A stretch of 64,000 bases of DNA from Dicyema japonicum (Eukaryota; Animalia; Dicyemida), in assembly GCA_011109175.1 (NCBI GenBank), contig RDEW01000041.1, positions 186,001-250,000 of the forward strand, in the 5' to 3' direction. The position numbers and the translations under genes are program-made. This document shows, piece after piece, positions 22,785-35,215 of the stretch; position 1 is the first letter of the stretch, and every line of letters starts with the position of its first letter. The notes under the pieces are model-generated. The model worked only from the letters and a program-made list of their open reading frames with translations, was not told the DNA's origin and did no database searches.

Positions 22785-25530
22785 ATGCAAATTGGAAAGG
22801 TCGAATTTCAAAGAATCGAAAATATTGACGAAATCTTTAGTAGTGACATCATTAACCAGGCAAAAACACAAGCAGAGGGAATAAGTTCCCATAATATCTA
22901 ATTTTCAGTAACTGAAATAAAAAATGGCGGACTTTACAAATCTAATTTTTATGAGAAAGTTTACTCGCTCGTACAAAACTTTGATTTGATAGTTTTCTGG
23001 TGGTTAACCTTAGGAATCAGCAAAGAAAAAGCAGCGAATTGCGGTTGAATGTTTGTGCATCACTGAGAATGTGCTGCGGAAGATGGCTGAAAAATATAAT
23101 AATTCCACCGAAAGAGAAATTAAAAATGCCATTTTGGTGATTACAGTTATTATTGAAGGCGGCCAGAGAAAACAACAAAAATAGAATATTAAATTTAAAC
23201 GAAAAACTCAACCACTACAGGGCCAGGAACTCCAAGTTGGTAGGGGACATTGAAGGGTTCGAGGAATCAAGCAAAAAGATCAAGTTATCAAAATTATAAA
23301 TTTTCAGACCCAGAAAGGCCAAAGTCAAAAATTTTTACCAAGAAAAATAAATAAATTCAACGACAAATTGATTCAAAAGGCAGAGTTTACCATTTTTCTT
23401 AGGTAGGATTAAAATAGAGATAAACAACATGCACTCAATGATTTCCGACCTCAACCACCAGGTTTGAGTAATTACAAAGACCGAGATTATTAACACACAA
23501 GAGGACATTTTACGCTTGGAAGAGGATATCTCAGAAAGGCAAACTCAGCATGACCTCAAAACCGAGGATTTATTAGCACAAATTGTAAATTACGTAATAA
23601 TTTCCAAGTCAGTGCTGGATAAGGATATTCTTGAGGAAGAAGCAATTTATAGAATTATTAAAGAGTCGTTTATTGTTTTATTGGCAGAGATTCAGACTCA
23701 CAGTTTAGGGAATATTTAGAAATAAGAGACCGGGGACCGAAGTCGAAAAGGTTAAAATTACATTACTGGTAGGAACTCGAAATGGTGAACAAGTCTATCA
23801 AGCAATTGAAGAGGAAGACGTGTAATGTGGTTGAGGAAACATTGGAGCACCAGCAAAGGATTGAGGAGATTGAGGCAATCTAGTAATCCACTGATGTGAC
23901 ATTCCAGTCCAATAGTAATCGAAAAGAACAAACGCGAGTTGGAACTCTTCAGTGAAAAGACGGAAAAACATAAAGAATTAGACAATCAGGTTTTCTTAGT
24001 CTTCATCTCAGCTCAATCAAAAGATCGAAAACAAAAAGAACTGAAAACAGCCGGAAATGTAGTCTTGAGGGCTGCTGAGAGAGGTTTCTTACCGATTAAA
24101 CGCAGAAGAGCATGAAAACTACGTGGACAAACTCTCAAAAATCAGTAAAAACTGTGAATAAACACAAAGACCGGTTTTTTAATTAATTACTATTTAGATT
24201 GGAGAAACTAAAAACAATGTATTTGAGCAAAATAGAGGAGAGGTCGACCGCAAAACGACAGATAAGGGAATTGGAGGCATCATTGCAGCATTTATTGAAG
24301 ACATCGAAGTAACTCTTGGCATCCACCATAGTGCACGTGATCAAAAGTCTAGAAAGGAACTAAAGCAACTTCATCATGTTTTAAACAAGGAACTGAAAGA
24401 ATTGTAGAATTGGGATTTATTCGTAGGCGGAGACTTGACCACATCAAATTGTCTGAGGATATGAAAAGTCAGAATGAGAGGGATAAGGTCTTGGAGTATC
24501 AGGAGGAGTTAAAGTCGGAGATAAATCAATTCAAGTTGCAGTACAAGGAGGATAAACAAAAGGTCATTTTGTTGCTAAACACGCAGTTGAAAAAATATCG
24601 GTGATGATTACAAAAATTTGACTCACCACTTTCAAATACTCCAAGAAAAACTGCCAGATTATGAAACTGACCTGAAAGCGCTAATCCACAGTACTGCCGC
24701 TGAAACTGAGTTTGTTGAGGTGGAGTGCTTTGAATTCCCACTAGGGGCAAATTCATGAGTTGGAGTTCAGGTGGAACTCAATAACACCGTAATCGCTGAC
24801 TTTGACCAAAAAATAGTTTGCTTGATAGAAACTTTGAGTGAAAAAACGAAAGCATGAACGGAAACTGAAGGATACTATTATTAGTAAGGAATCGTTCAAT
24901 TGTTTTAGAACAGAAAAAAGGAGTTGAGAGTTATTCAAAACATTATCCCGGAAGTATTAGAGGACACTGAGGCTAACAACCGAGAACGGGTTAATAGAAT
25001 GGTTGACATTCAGGAAAATATAATAAGCGAGGTGAAGGAAACTACGACCAAATTACTCGAAAATATGGAAATACAACAAGCAGATATTCTGTGTATGACT
25101 AGAAGATTGGAAAGTGATAGAATAATATATAATATCATCACAAATGAGCATGAAAAAGCTAACCAAGGTAGGCACCGGATTATTAGAGAAAATTAAACAA
25201 CCTAAGAAGGGAAACTGAAGAATTCGACCAGAAAATGATGAACGACGAGCAGTTTTCCGTGAATATCAGAGAAAATAAATTGAACAATTAGGTTTGATAA
25301 TCTAATTAAATAGAAAATATTGGAAACTTAAACAAAAACGTGTTAATAAAGCAATATGTATGATTATAGCGATATTATAGAAATATGAGGAGGCGTTTGA
25401 CTGAATTACAGAATAACGGAGAACTTTTAGAGAAATACGTGGATAGTCAGAAAAGTGGATTGAACCGCTTTTGTGTTTGATCGATACAAATTTTGAAAAA
25501 TGGACTTTACCAAGCTTCAATGACGTAACT
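22785..25530 (+). CDS. Long coiled-coil protein (about 750 aa), intron-rich, family not identified
   Basis: E/K/Q/L-rich exons joined by many 22-24 nt GT-AG introns. Some frame breaks at A-runs; the 3' end is approximate. Confidence 0.7.
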
Positions 25531-25869
25531 AAGATTAATTGTTAATTTAATAACCAAAATAATATTTACGAATAATAACTGAGTTCATTCAATAAGTGAC
25601 AATTAATTCAAGAAATTAAAAGTTAGGGAGCTTGCCAAGCTGTTTCCTCTGACGACAGATACGCTCTTTTTCTTTAAAATATTTTGGACTCTGCAAAACC
25701 ACCCTTGAATCGTCTATAAAGTCGATCGTCTGTTTTCATAATCATCAAATATCCTTCTGATTCTTAGTCATGCAGATTATCTCCTAGTGGTATCGACGAT
25801 TCTGGAACGAATAGCAACGAATTCAAATTTCTACCTCAACTTTCACAACGTTAATTTTATCCTTTACAC

Positions 25870-26925
25870 TCAACTACCTCCATCCTGACGGTTTCAACAA
25901 TATGTCTCGTTTCCGCTATCTTCCCAATGGCATCCATAAGGATCAGTCCTCTGCTTTACTTTTCGACTTTCACCTCAGTAACATGTCCCCAAATAATGTA
26001 GCCATGTTGATCATCTTACTTTTGCACAAAAAATAGAAACATCAAAACAGCCTCAGATAAAGTTCAAAATCACCTAAATCTTCTGATTAGATGGCTTCGA
26101 ATTGGAATACAACTTCACCTTCATAGTCACAGTAACCCTATTTGCCACAAACCGTAAGTAATTCAACTATAGTCTCGCTCTATTCCTATCTTACAGTGAA
26201 TAAACACCCAGAAATTCCCCAAGTCTAAACCCAAGCGATAACCGAACGTTCTTTATACTCCCAACCCACAAAGGGAACTGTACCGGTCTTGGTGGATATC
26301 GAGAAGGCTTTTGACTCAGTATACCTGAAGATTCTAGCAGCAAAAAATTTTCATGACATCGATCCACCCGAAATTCAAATTATGATTGACTCACTTCATC
26401 GGCGGTCCCAGGTGTCAAAGTACGGTACCTTCCAAATGGAGTGTTACAAAGATCGTCTCCAGCGTTATTTAATGTGTTTCTCAGTGACCTCCCCTCTAAA
26501 TTACCCAATACTCAATCCTTTTATCGTACACTGATTATCTCATGATGAGCAAAAAATCGAAGACTTGAGGAAGCGACACGATTGGTGAGTCTTTGGTTAT
26601 TGAATAACTCCCTAAAAGTCCCACCAGGTAAATCACATGTAACGATGTTTACCTCTTCAAGAAAAGAGACGCGGATAACGTCAGCAGTCAATTCGCATGA
26701 TTACCCGATTTTCACTTAGAAAACCTCATCCATCTTGGAAGTCACTCCTGAACACCTAAAGTGAACTTGGTAGTTTTAAGGATCCAAAAGAAAATGGAAA
26801 TCTTGAATCTGTTTTACATTCTCCTTATCTTGTATATCTTTTTTTACCGAGTATTGAGTACGGTAGAGAACCATGGATCGCCCAGTTATCGTTATCGGAT
26901 CAAAGCAACCTGGGGGTGATGCAAT
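25870..26925 (+). mobile_element. Multiple decayed LINE RT fragments
   Basis: LPNG.P.GS and VDIEKAFDSV (ORF 26289..26534), plus thumb motifs. Confidence 0.6.
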
Positions 26926-26927
26926 GT

Positions 26928-27163
26928 TAATTTATTAATCCAAGACATTGAAAGGGTTCTTGATTTTTCATTCTTTTCTTTGTGTTTGTGTGAGTTACAG
27001 GAGACAAATCCAGTTCCGCAGTGATGAGACACTGATGACGGCTTAACTCGTCAACTCCAAAGCATCGTAAATATGTGAAACCTACAACGAATGGACAGCA
27101 GCGAGATTCGAACCGAGGACCTCATGATTTGGTCCGGGACTTATTACACTGAGCCATCCGGCC
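26928..27163 (-). mobile_element. tRNA-derived SINE, copy 2
   Basis: Head GGCCGGATGGCTCAGTG...GGTTCGAATC; core and tail collinear with 1338-1570. Confidence 0.85.
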
Positions 27164-27199
27164 ATCTATAACTGGCTATATAAAAATTACTCTTGTGGA

Positions 27200-29830
27200 C
27201 CACCTACGTCTTCCATATTCCATGAAAAAAAGCAGAGATCGTTGATAGCGCCTGAGAAAAGTCGTTCTTTGAGCATTTTTATGAACTCGCATTTGGAAAG
27301 ATTTGGCTCTACTCTAAGCACTGAGAGGGCGGACCTGATGTCGGTTGTCGCAGTTGTGGAAGTGACAGAGTTGATCTTTTTCCTTGCTAATAAAGTTGTT
27401 AAAGTAAAAAGTATATACGAACGTTCCCAGAACAACGACAATGTCATACAGGGTTGGTGCTTCCACGTGTTTGGAAGAGCACTGGGCGCTTATAAAATGA
27501 TACTGAAATTGTTTCTCGATACTTCCACTTTTAACAAATTTTAAAACAATAATTGTGGAATCGTGTCGGTTATTATACTGTCTTTATAAAGCACTGCAAA
27601 AATGTCATGTGGCTCACCTACCACGTGGTGGAATTTGGAAGAAAAGAGCTACACTTTCCCTATCCTTACAGGATGGACCAACAAGGAAAGCTTATGTCGT
27701 TGTTGAGATTTTGAGACAAATCCTGGACCATCCAGAATAGTTTAACTCAATATAAATGGAATCAAGAACAAGATACTTGAACTTCAGGCGAAAGAACACC
27801 GCATCGACATGCTGTTAATAAAGAATCCAAACTTTCCCCCAAAAATGCAACACCAAGATTCCTGGGATTCGTAGTGACTGACAGTAATCACAGTAATTCG
27901 CAACGGAATTCCGTTTGAGGACAGCATGCTACACGACTATGGAAATCTCGAACTTGTGGCTAACAAACTCTGATTCCCTAGAATTTCAATAACATTGGAA
28001 ACTTCCTAATTGGAAGACGAGCACAAATACTCTGCAACAACATCAAATCAAGATCTAGCTACCTTCAAAATGGAGTCCTCAAGGCTCCCCACTGTCACTC
28101 TAAATCACCAATCTCTACATAAACGACATGCTACAAACCTGTAATGAGAACTGTCTAATCCTCTCCTACGCCGATATCATTCTTGCCTCCAAGGACAGAA
28201 GCATTCAATCAGCGACTCGGTCCATCGTCTGTCAACTAGTTCTTCAACCTCAGGGAAGTCTGACTGGATGAAGACCATTTATTTAGAACCCGGGATCACC
28301 AAAAAGATATCGGACACTTGAAATACTCATTCTTCTTCATTTTTCTTTTTTTCACAGCTGAAGATGCCTTTCTGGTCAAAGAGAAAGAAATAAAAGTTGT
28401 CAACTAAGTGATCCAGACCGACAAGGTAGAGGACGAGTCCGGAGTTTCTGTTGTTGTTCTATCGAGAGATTTTCAATGGATTGGAAGGAGAAACCCTTCA
28501 ACCCAGCAGGGAATTGAACATAGTAAACAATTATATGACATTCATTCAAACCACAAAGTTTTCGTTAAGTTACCGGCCTCACTTGAAGAGATCAAAACCA
28601 TTAATGAGAATTGCCTGTCGCTCCCATAAATCGGTAGTTTCTGTTGTTATAAAATAGTCTACTAACTCCCTAATATATTTATTAACCCCTGCTATACTAG
28701 AGTGTCAAGTTAGTGTATATTCAGTCCCATGGTCGGGATAAGACGAACCTTAGGATTTGAAGAAGTCATAGAGCAGAACTGAATCCTTATACCATGTGAG
28801 CTGTGAGGAATCAAACCTACAGTAATAGAATAGTGATTTTCAGAAATTTGGTCAAATTGGTCTCCTCCACTGAAGGGTTCATACAACTGCAAAGACTGAA
28901 ACTCTTTCCTATGGCTTTGAATGGAGTTGTTTGTGATATCTGCTTATGCGAAGTTTTATTTATTTAAAGACCAAAAATCACCATTAAATTGACCAAGATA
29001 AAAAACGGTAATTCAGACCATTCTCAGCAACCACCACATCTTCGCTCGGCGTTTTCACGACATCCCTCGCATTTCGTGTAGATCACCCCGACACTGAGTG
29101 CTACCTGAGATAGGTGGATAATATGACAACATTATATTAAAAAGTAGAGGAGGAACAGAATAAAAAACAGAAATCCCAATTATTATCTAACCCCGAAAAA
29201 GGGAACAGCAAGAAAGAGGGAGTTAAACCAACTAATTAAGTAATCCCTAGACCTCAAAATGATCTAGAGCTTTTTGTTTTGCTCCTCCATAATACTCCCA
29301 GATTCTGAATCCACGACGTTCCTCTTTTATGAGAATTTGAAAAGGCGTAAGCTTTTTTCCCAATTTACGTGTACAGGAGGCTTCTATCGCTGATTGGTAG
29401 AAGCGATCGGACTCCAAGCCGCAAAGAGTGAAGAAGCCGGAACCATTATTCGGAATCGCCGCGTCTCGAGTAATGGGAGAATAATTGAGCAGAGAAATTG
29501 GTTATGCGGACAATTATTGCTCTTAGGGAATTTATCTTGTAGAAGTTTGAAATTGAAATTCCATAAGCCCATGAAGGCACATACATACTCCATCCTCTGC
29601 TTCAAGAACTGGTAGTATAAGACGGCAGCACATTCCTGTGACGGTTGAGTCCTGGAGTTTAGTTTTGATGATGTTGAGTTTATGGAGGCCCATCCGCAGA
29701 GCGTCCTTCATACGTTGGGAGAAAAATAGTAAGGGATCCAGATTCACTCCCAGTATTCTTAAATGTGTTTTCATTGGAATAATATATCCATAGAGGTATA
29801 TTTCTAATGTATCTTTTTGTCTCCTGTCGG
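27200..29830. mobile_element. Mosaic of LINE fragments on both strands
   Basis: 27995-28215 duplicates 17140-17370. 28370-28450 is an inverted LINE 3' tail. 28960-29830 is a minus-strand C-terminus (ILGVNLDPLLFF). Confidence 0.7.
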
Positions 29831-29956
29831 TGGTAAAAATCTAAATCAAGTAACCACATGGCGCCACGTTGACAGAATCCATGTTTTCTTTCAATTAGTT
29901 AAATAGTTATAATAATTAATATAATAAATAATAATTTTAAACTAATTTGAATAGCT

Positions 29957-30393
29957 ATGCTTGCCACAATGTTTAAGGAACACCAACAAAAGCAACTAAT
30001 AAATCGAACCCAAATAGGTTAGAATTCCTAATAAAAATTAGACGAGTTTACCGTAAAATCTAAAAAATCAACTGAAAAGTTTGTATCCAAACTGATTGAC
30101 AGGTCAAATAAAAGGTGTATGTGAGAATTATTAAAGTATTAAGGAGATTTACAATCAAGAAAGAAAAATTGGAATTGATTTGAAAAAACTATTCAAACTA
30201 ACATCTTCCCTTATCACGGAGTCCTCAAATTGGTTGCAAATGGGGGACCAACTAAATAATACTGTAAAGGTGATGATTTGTGTTATTATAGGAATTGGGG
30301 GATGTCGAGAATTGGGTACAAATAATCGACTGTGAAATAAGGGATATATTGTCTAAAATAAAGAGAGTTCATAATTTGGACTGTATTGACTGA
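29957..30393 (+). CDS. BLOC1S1: BLOC-1 subunit 1 (GCN5L1); introns of 24, 22 and 22 nt
   Basis: Spliced MLATMFKEHQQKQ...IYNQERKI...NWLQMGDQLNNTVKELGDVENWVQII matches the BLOC1S1 motifs KEHQxKQ and KEIGDVENW. Absent from the ORF track. Confidence 0.92.
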
Positions 30394-30549
30394 TTATTAA
30401 AACCTTAATGACTTATCCGTATGTTCACCTAAGGCATTTTATTGTCTCCCACTTTTAGGCCCTGAGGAACTTGATTTGTGGTAATGCGACCTTGAATATC
30501 AAAGTTTTCCGAAATATTACATAATATTGAATTTATTAAGGAAAAAAAG

Positions 30550-31420
30550 TGAGCGAATGGTCATATAGCAGCCGCCCTGATTATTCCAAAGCTCAAACAA
30601 TCAGCAACGCTTACGGGGATCTCCTGCTCGTGTAGAAACCGATTCCCTAGACGACTTAAGAGTTCCTGCGTCGCAGCCGCAAGGGAACCAGACGTCTCAA
30701 CGGCGAGTGGAACGAACAAAAATCATTGGGTAGGACAGTTTACTTTGCCCGTTTTGATCTCTCACCCTTCTCAGCGGCAGAACAGGGTCCAGAGGCACTC
30801 TTGAGTAGGTTGCAAGGGGCAAACGTTTCGGTGCAGGTGCCTTCCTAGACATGAGGTTTCCCGGATTCAAAGGGGAAAATGGTCATCCCATTTGATAGTT
30901 TCTCGTCACGGCTGCAAAGATCGACTGGTTCAAGCATGGAGGGATGCCCTGTGTCGTCCAAAGCTCGCCTTAAGATTTCGTTCAAGGCCATGTGTCTGGG
31001 AAATCTGCCTGCACTCTTCCTGCAGGATAGAAGGTGTAGGCCAAAACAGTCTATCAGGTCTCCGCATCGGCACGGATATGAAACACAAGCTTTAAATCCC
31101 AGTCGTACTGAGATCCCAACAAGGTAACCAAAACACAATTAGGAATGGCATTGAGCCAGGCATCGCCCTCGAAGACGTCCCCGACAACAAACAAGCACAG
31201 CGATATTGGTTAGATGACACTAGCGATCTTCAAAAGAATTCCGCCGTAAAGCATCCTCCAGAATATGCTGAGAGAACGTGGAAGGTAGGGAAAGCTGATA
31301 ATAAAGGCTCCAGACCTTACGAGCATGGCTGGCGTCCTGGTCGATAGAGAATTCAGGGAGGGAGTGTAGAATCTTCTTGACAAGGGCGTTACAGGCCATT
31401 AACGACGAGAAATATTCATG
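30550..31420 (-). mobile_element. CRE-like non-LTR element, zinc finger plus RLE region
   Basis: WLNAIP, CRCGDLIDCFGLHLLSCRKSAGRFPRHMALNEILRRAL, PSMLEP and FVPLAVETSG. Confidence 0.85.
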
Positions 31421-32938
31421 GAAAATTGTATAAACAATTGAGTGAATTGTAGGAGACACTAAGAAGTCACCTGATTATCAAAATACTAATGTTATGGAAG
31501 AGCTCCTATGTGGCACTGGGCCCACTAGTCTTGATTTCGATAACTCCGTTGTGCTAGGTCACTCATCTCAACTGAGATTGGCTGAGAGAAGAAGCTACGC
31601 AAGATTTTCTTAGATTGCAGTTTTCTGTGCATGTTAAATCCCCCAAGACACTTTCTTTTACTACAAGGCATCGCAGCGACTAAATCTGACCTCTTGCCAT
31701 CAATCATTTTTAGAGTCCTTCTTTGATCACGTGAGTAAGTTAGACTCTTTCTTAGGGAAGTCTTCCTAATCCCCACTTTTATCATTAAGGATTTGGACTT
31801 ACCATTAAGTATGGATTTTTCTAAATCCTAATTTATTGTCCCCCGAGTTGGTTACATAGTTAATGCCTACCAAAGGAAGGGAGATTACACACGGAAACAA
31901 CTCGACCTTTAAGTCAGTTAATCGATAGTTTAATTGCATTCTTATGCTTATTTGAATAGTCCACATTAGTTGAAGTGTGTAAATTAGTGAACACTCTTGT
32001 GTTTGAGTCCCCATCCCCTCTAACGATGCGCTCAGCCATCCCCAAACAAACTTTCCTTGTGAGGTCACCTATTATCTTTAAGGGTTATTAAGGAAAAACA
32101 TAGTGATGTTGAGTTCAGCCAATTCGTATTAAATTGCTTATATCTATAATATCACCACATATCGGAGATATCTCATATCAAGATAGTAGACCACACGACC
32201 ATAACTACTCAATGGAAGAGCATTGGGCTTGTCAATCGTGCATCCAACCCTTGAAACACACCGATGACATCTCCTTATGATAAGATTGACCGATCGTCTT
32301 CAGTAACGACTCATAAAACAAAGTTTCAATGCTAAAAAAACTGAATAGCTTTAAAAGCAAAAACGGAGGGGCTGACAGTTTCGTCTCCTGAAACAGAACG
32401 GGGAGATTATTAGATGTTAATCACCGAAGTACCCATCTGCCAATAATGAAACCGTAGAATATGTTCCACATAACCCAAGTCTTCAAGCCACTGAGGCACT
32501 TCAAAGTCATGATTTGTGTATTCGAAGAACATCACCTGCAAGATCTGAAGATTCCGTATTCAACCGCATGCAATTTAATAAATTCCGTAGACTTCCTGAA
32601 TTCCTCAAATATCAACTCCGGAACCACCAGATAGAGGATACAAAAAAGTATCTTTGTCTTAAAGTCCTGGATTCCATCACCACAAACGGGGAAAGTTTCT
32701 TCTCGCATCTTTTACATACGTCCAGATATAATCCGACTTTCAAAGTGATGTTCAAGAAATCGTTTGAAAAAGTAGCAACCGGATTCTTTCACTCGAAGGG
32801 ACCGGGGTGAATAAATAAAATAAAGTCTCACAGGCATTCCGTGAGATATTCGTTGATTTATCGAATTTTTTTAATAATATTATTAAAACAAAATAATAAA
32901 AAATTTAAATATTAATAAAATAAAGTAACCTATATTAG

Positions 32939-33695
32939 ATGACATCATTTTCACTTGAATGGATTAAAGATCCTAAAGGAATCATTAAGGTCGTCATATT
33001 TGTACAATTAACCGTAATTCTTAGATTCTGAGCGTCCTCTCAATATCTTCGATATACTCCACCAACACCGGTGCCAATATCAAGATCGGATGTCCTCAAA
33101 ATGGTAATCAAACATTTTGGCTGGAAATATCCTATCCATTCCTGTACCATGTGTTTTTGATCCTAGATTGAACCGTAAAATTAAGTTTGTATGTGGTTCC
33201 AAAAGTGAAGATGTTATGTTCAAGGCATCTTCTGGCGACCCTGCCAAATTCTTTGTGTTCGTGATGGTTGTTGGGTTGATTGTGTGCATAGCTGGGATGA
33301 TTATGTTCTCCCTGTTTTATGGATTTTATCAGAACAATGAAAGCGTACGAATCACTGTTTGATTTGTGCTTATTCCAGGATTTCGTCGTTAATTGCGTAA
33401 TTGTTTTCCTCTTGTTCATCGCCTGCATCGTCTGGGCCCAGAAGATATCTGATATTTTCTACAACACTTCATTGCCCCAGATCAAAGTCTGTAAGAAATA
33501 CCATTGTATCTACGATGGACCTCCCTCGTTGATCAACGCCAGAGTGTCCGCGGTTGTCAGTTATTTAATCCTCAGGCTTTCGGATTCCTCACTTTGATGT
33601 TCTTTACTGCAAATATATGGTACACCTTTAAGGAGACCACGTGGTTTGCCAAATGGAAGGGAACTGATAATTTTAGTGAACCTTCTGTCCCTTGA
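32939..33695 (+). CDS. SYP: Synaptophysin/synaptoporin-family MARVEL protein; four introns of 22-23 nt
   Basis: Clean spliced ORF with KDPKGIIK, ISYPF, AKFFVFV, DF, WA and AFGFL...NIWYTFKETTW. Four TM helices with luminal Cys pairs. Confidence 0.88.
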
Positions 33696-33799
33696 TTTTG
33701 GTTTCTCTTCTAGTTGATTTGTTCCTGTTTAATGTGCATTAATTACCATAATTAAGTCATCTATTCCTTATCTGGAATAGAAAATATATAATACCCCCC

Positions 33800-34380
33800 A
33801 CGTGATGGAGTGATAATGTCTTGAGTTAAATGAAAGTTGCTTCTTGAAGGCTTTTGTGACCGACAGGACCGCTAAGTCATGAAGTCTCATCAGAGATTGG
33901 TTGGAGGAAGAGTTGGAGTAGCTATAGTTATAGGAGATTTTTGTAAATATGAGTCCTAATCGCTGGAACTGAGTTTTCTCATAATATTGATTTTATGAAT
34001 TCTTTATGAAAATGGGGTCACATCATAACTACTTTTAAATGAAGGTCGATGGGACAGTAAATTAGATTTAAGTAAAGCTAAACTACTATTTACGAGTTGG
34101 AACAAGGACAAGTGGATCATTCTGACTTTATGCCCAGTTTATCACTGTGGTAACTCAAAATAAATTTGATTAAATTGAAAATTCCCCCACGTGAGCGAAT
34201 AGGAGGTGGACTAAACGGATTACACTAACAAGGATGATTTACTGCATACGAGGATCGTTACTGTCAGTCATGATCCAATTAATATCTCATTTTGATCGTT
34301 TTGTATTAAACACACTTTAGCAAAACCTACAATGTTTTTAAAAGCATAGGCAAGGACACGTGTGAGTGATGAGACAATAA
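33800..34380 (+). mobile_element. Decayed R4/Dong-like RT C-terminal fragment
   Basis: Residual PRExxGGGL-type thumb motif near 34185-34215. Confidence 0.4.
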
Positions 34381-35215
34381 ATTATGTTCTCTTAGATGTT
34401 TCATTACGAAATCTACTTGTTTGGTAGGACTGAGCGAGAAGTTCAAAAGGGAATTCAAAGTTGTTTTCAGATTTATTTAATAACCCTGGATATATCGGTA
34501 AGAAGTCGAAGCAAGACGGGTTCTTTCCAAACAACAAGTCCATACATATTCCAGTTGTAGAAACCCCTCTAATGGAATAGGGAAAATAGATCCTTTTTGG
34601 ACGTCGACCAGGCATCACTTGTTACGTTGCGAGCAAGCTCCCGTAGTCCATCCAATCCTCTTCTTTTCTGAAACGTCTCCTAATTTTTCGAAGATCCCCG
34701 TTTAGGATAATCTGTGAGGTGATCCTTGGGCGTTTACGTAATCGGGGAGCTTCAGAGGAGAAGATACCCTCCGTAGCCACATTAAATGGGGCAAAACTAT
34801 TTTTGTTTAATTCAGGAAGGATCAGAGAAATCCAAGAACGGTAACTTAGTGATCGTCCCGAATCACGAACAGGTAACGGACATGTGAACCAAAAAAGTTA
34901 AAGAATTAATGGAATATTAAGTTGATGGTTCCGAGTTCCTTTGAATTCTGTTGCAGACGAGATTCGAACCCAGAACATAATGTATCCAACGCCTCTCGAA
35001 TCCACCATGAAAAATGAAACGAGAGGTCAGGTCTCTCTTGAGGGATGGAGACACTTCTGAGAATAGAGGTACGTCACCACCATCCGACCAACTACCCATT
35101 TCTGATTATAAAACACTTAAATTGGAGGGAGTCCTCACCATCTTCACCCAATGTTGGTACTCTGATTCTGAAATAACGTCTTCACATAGACAAAAGCACT
35201 AGTCTCATTTGAAAT

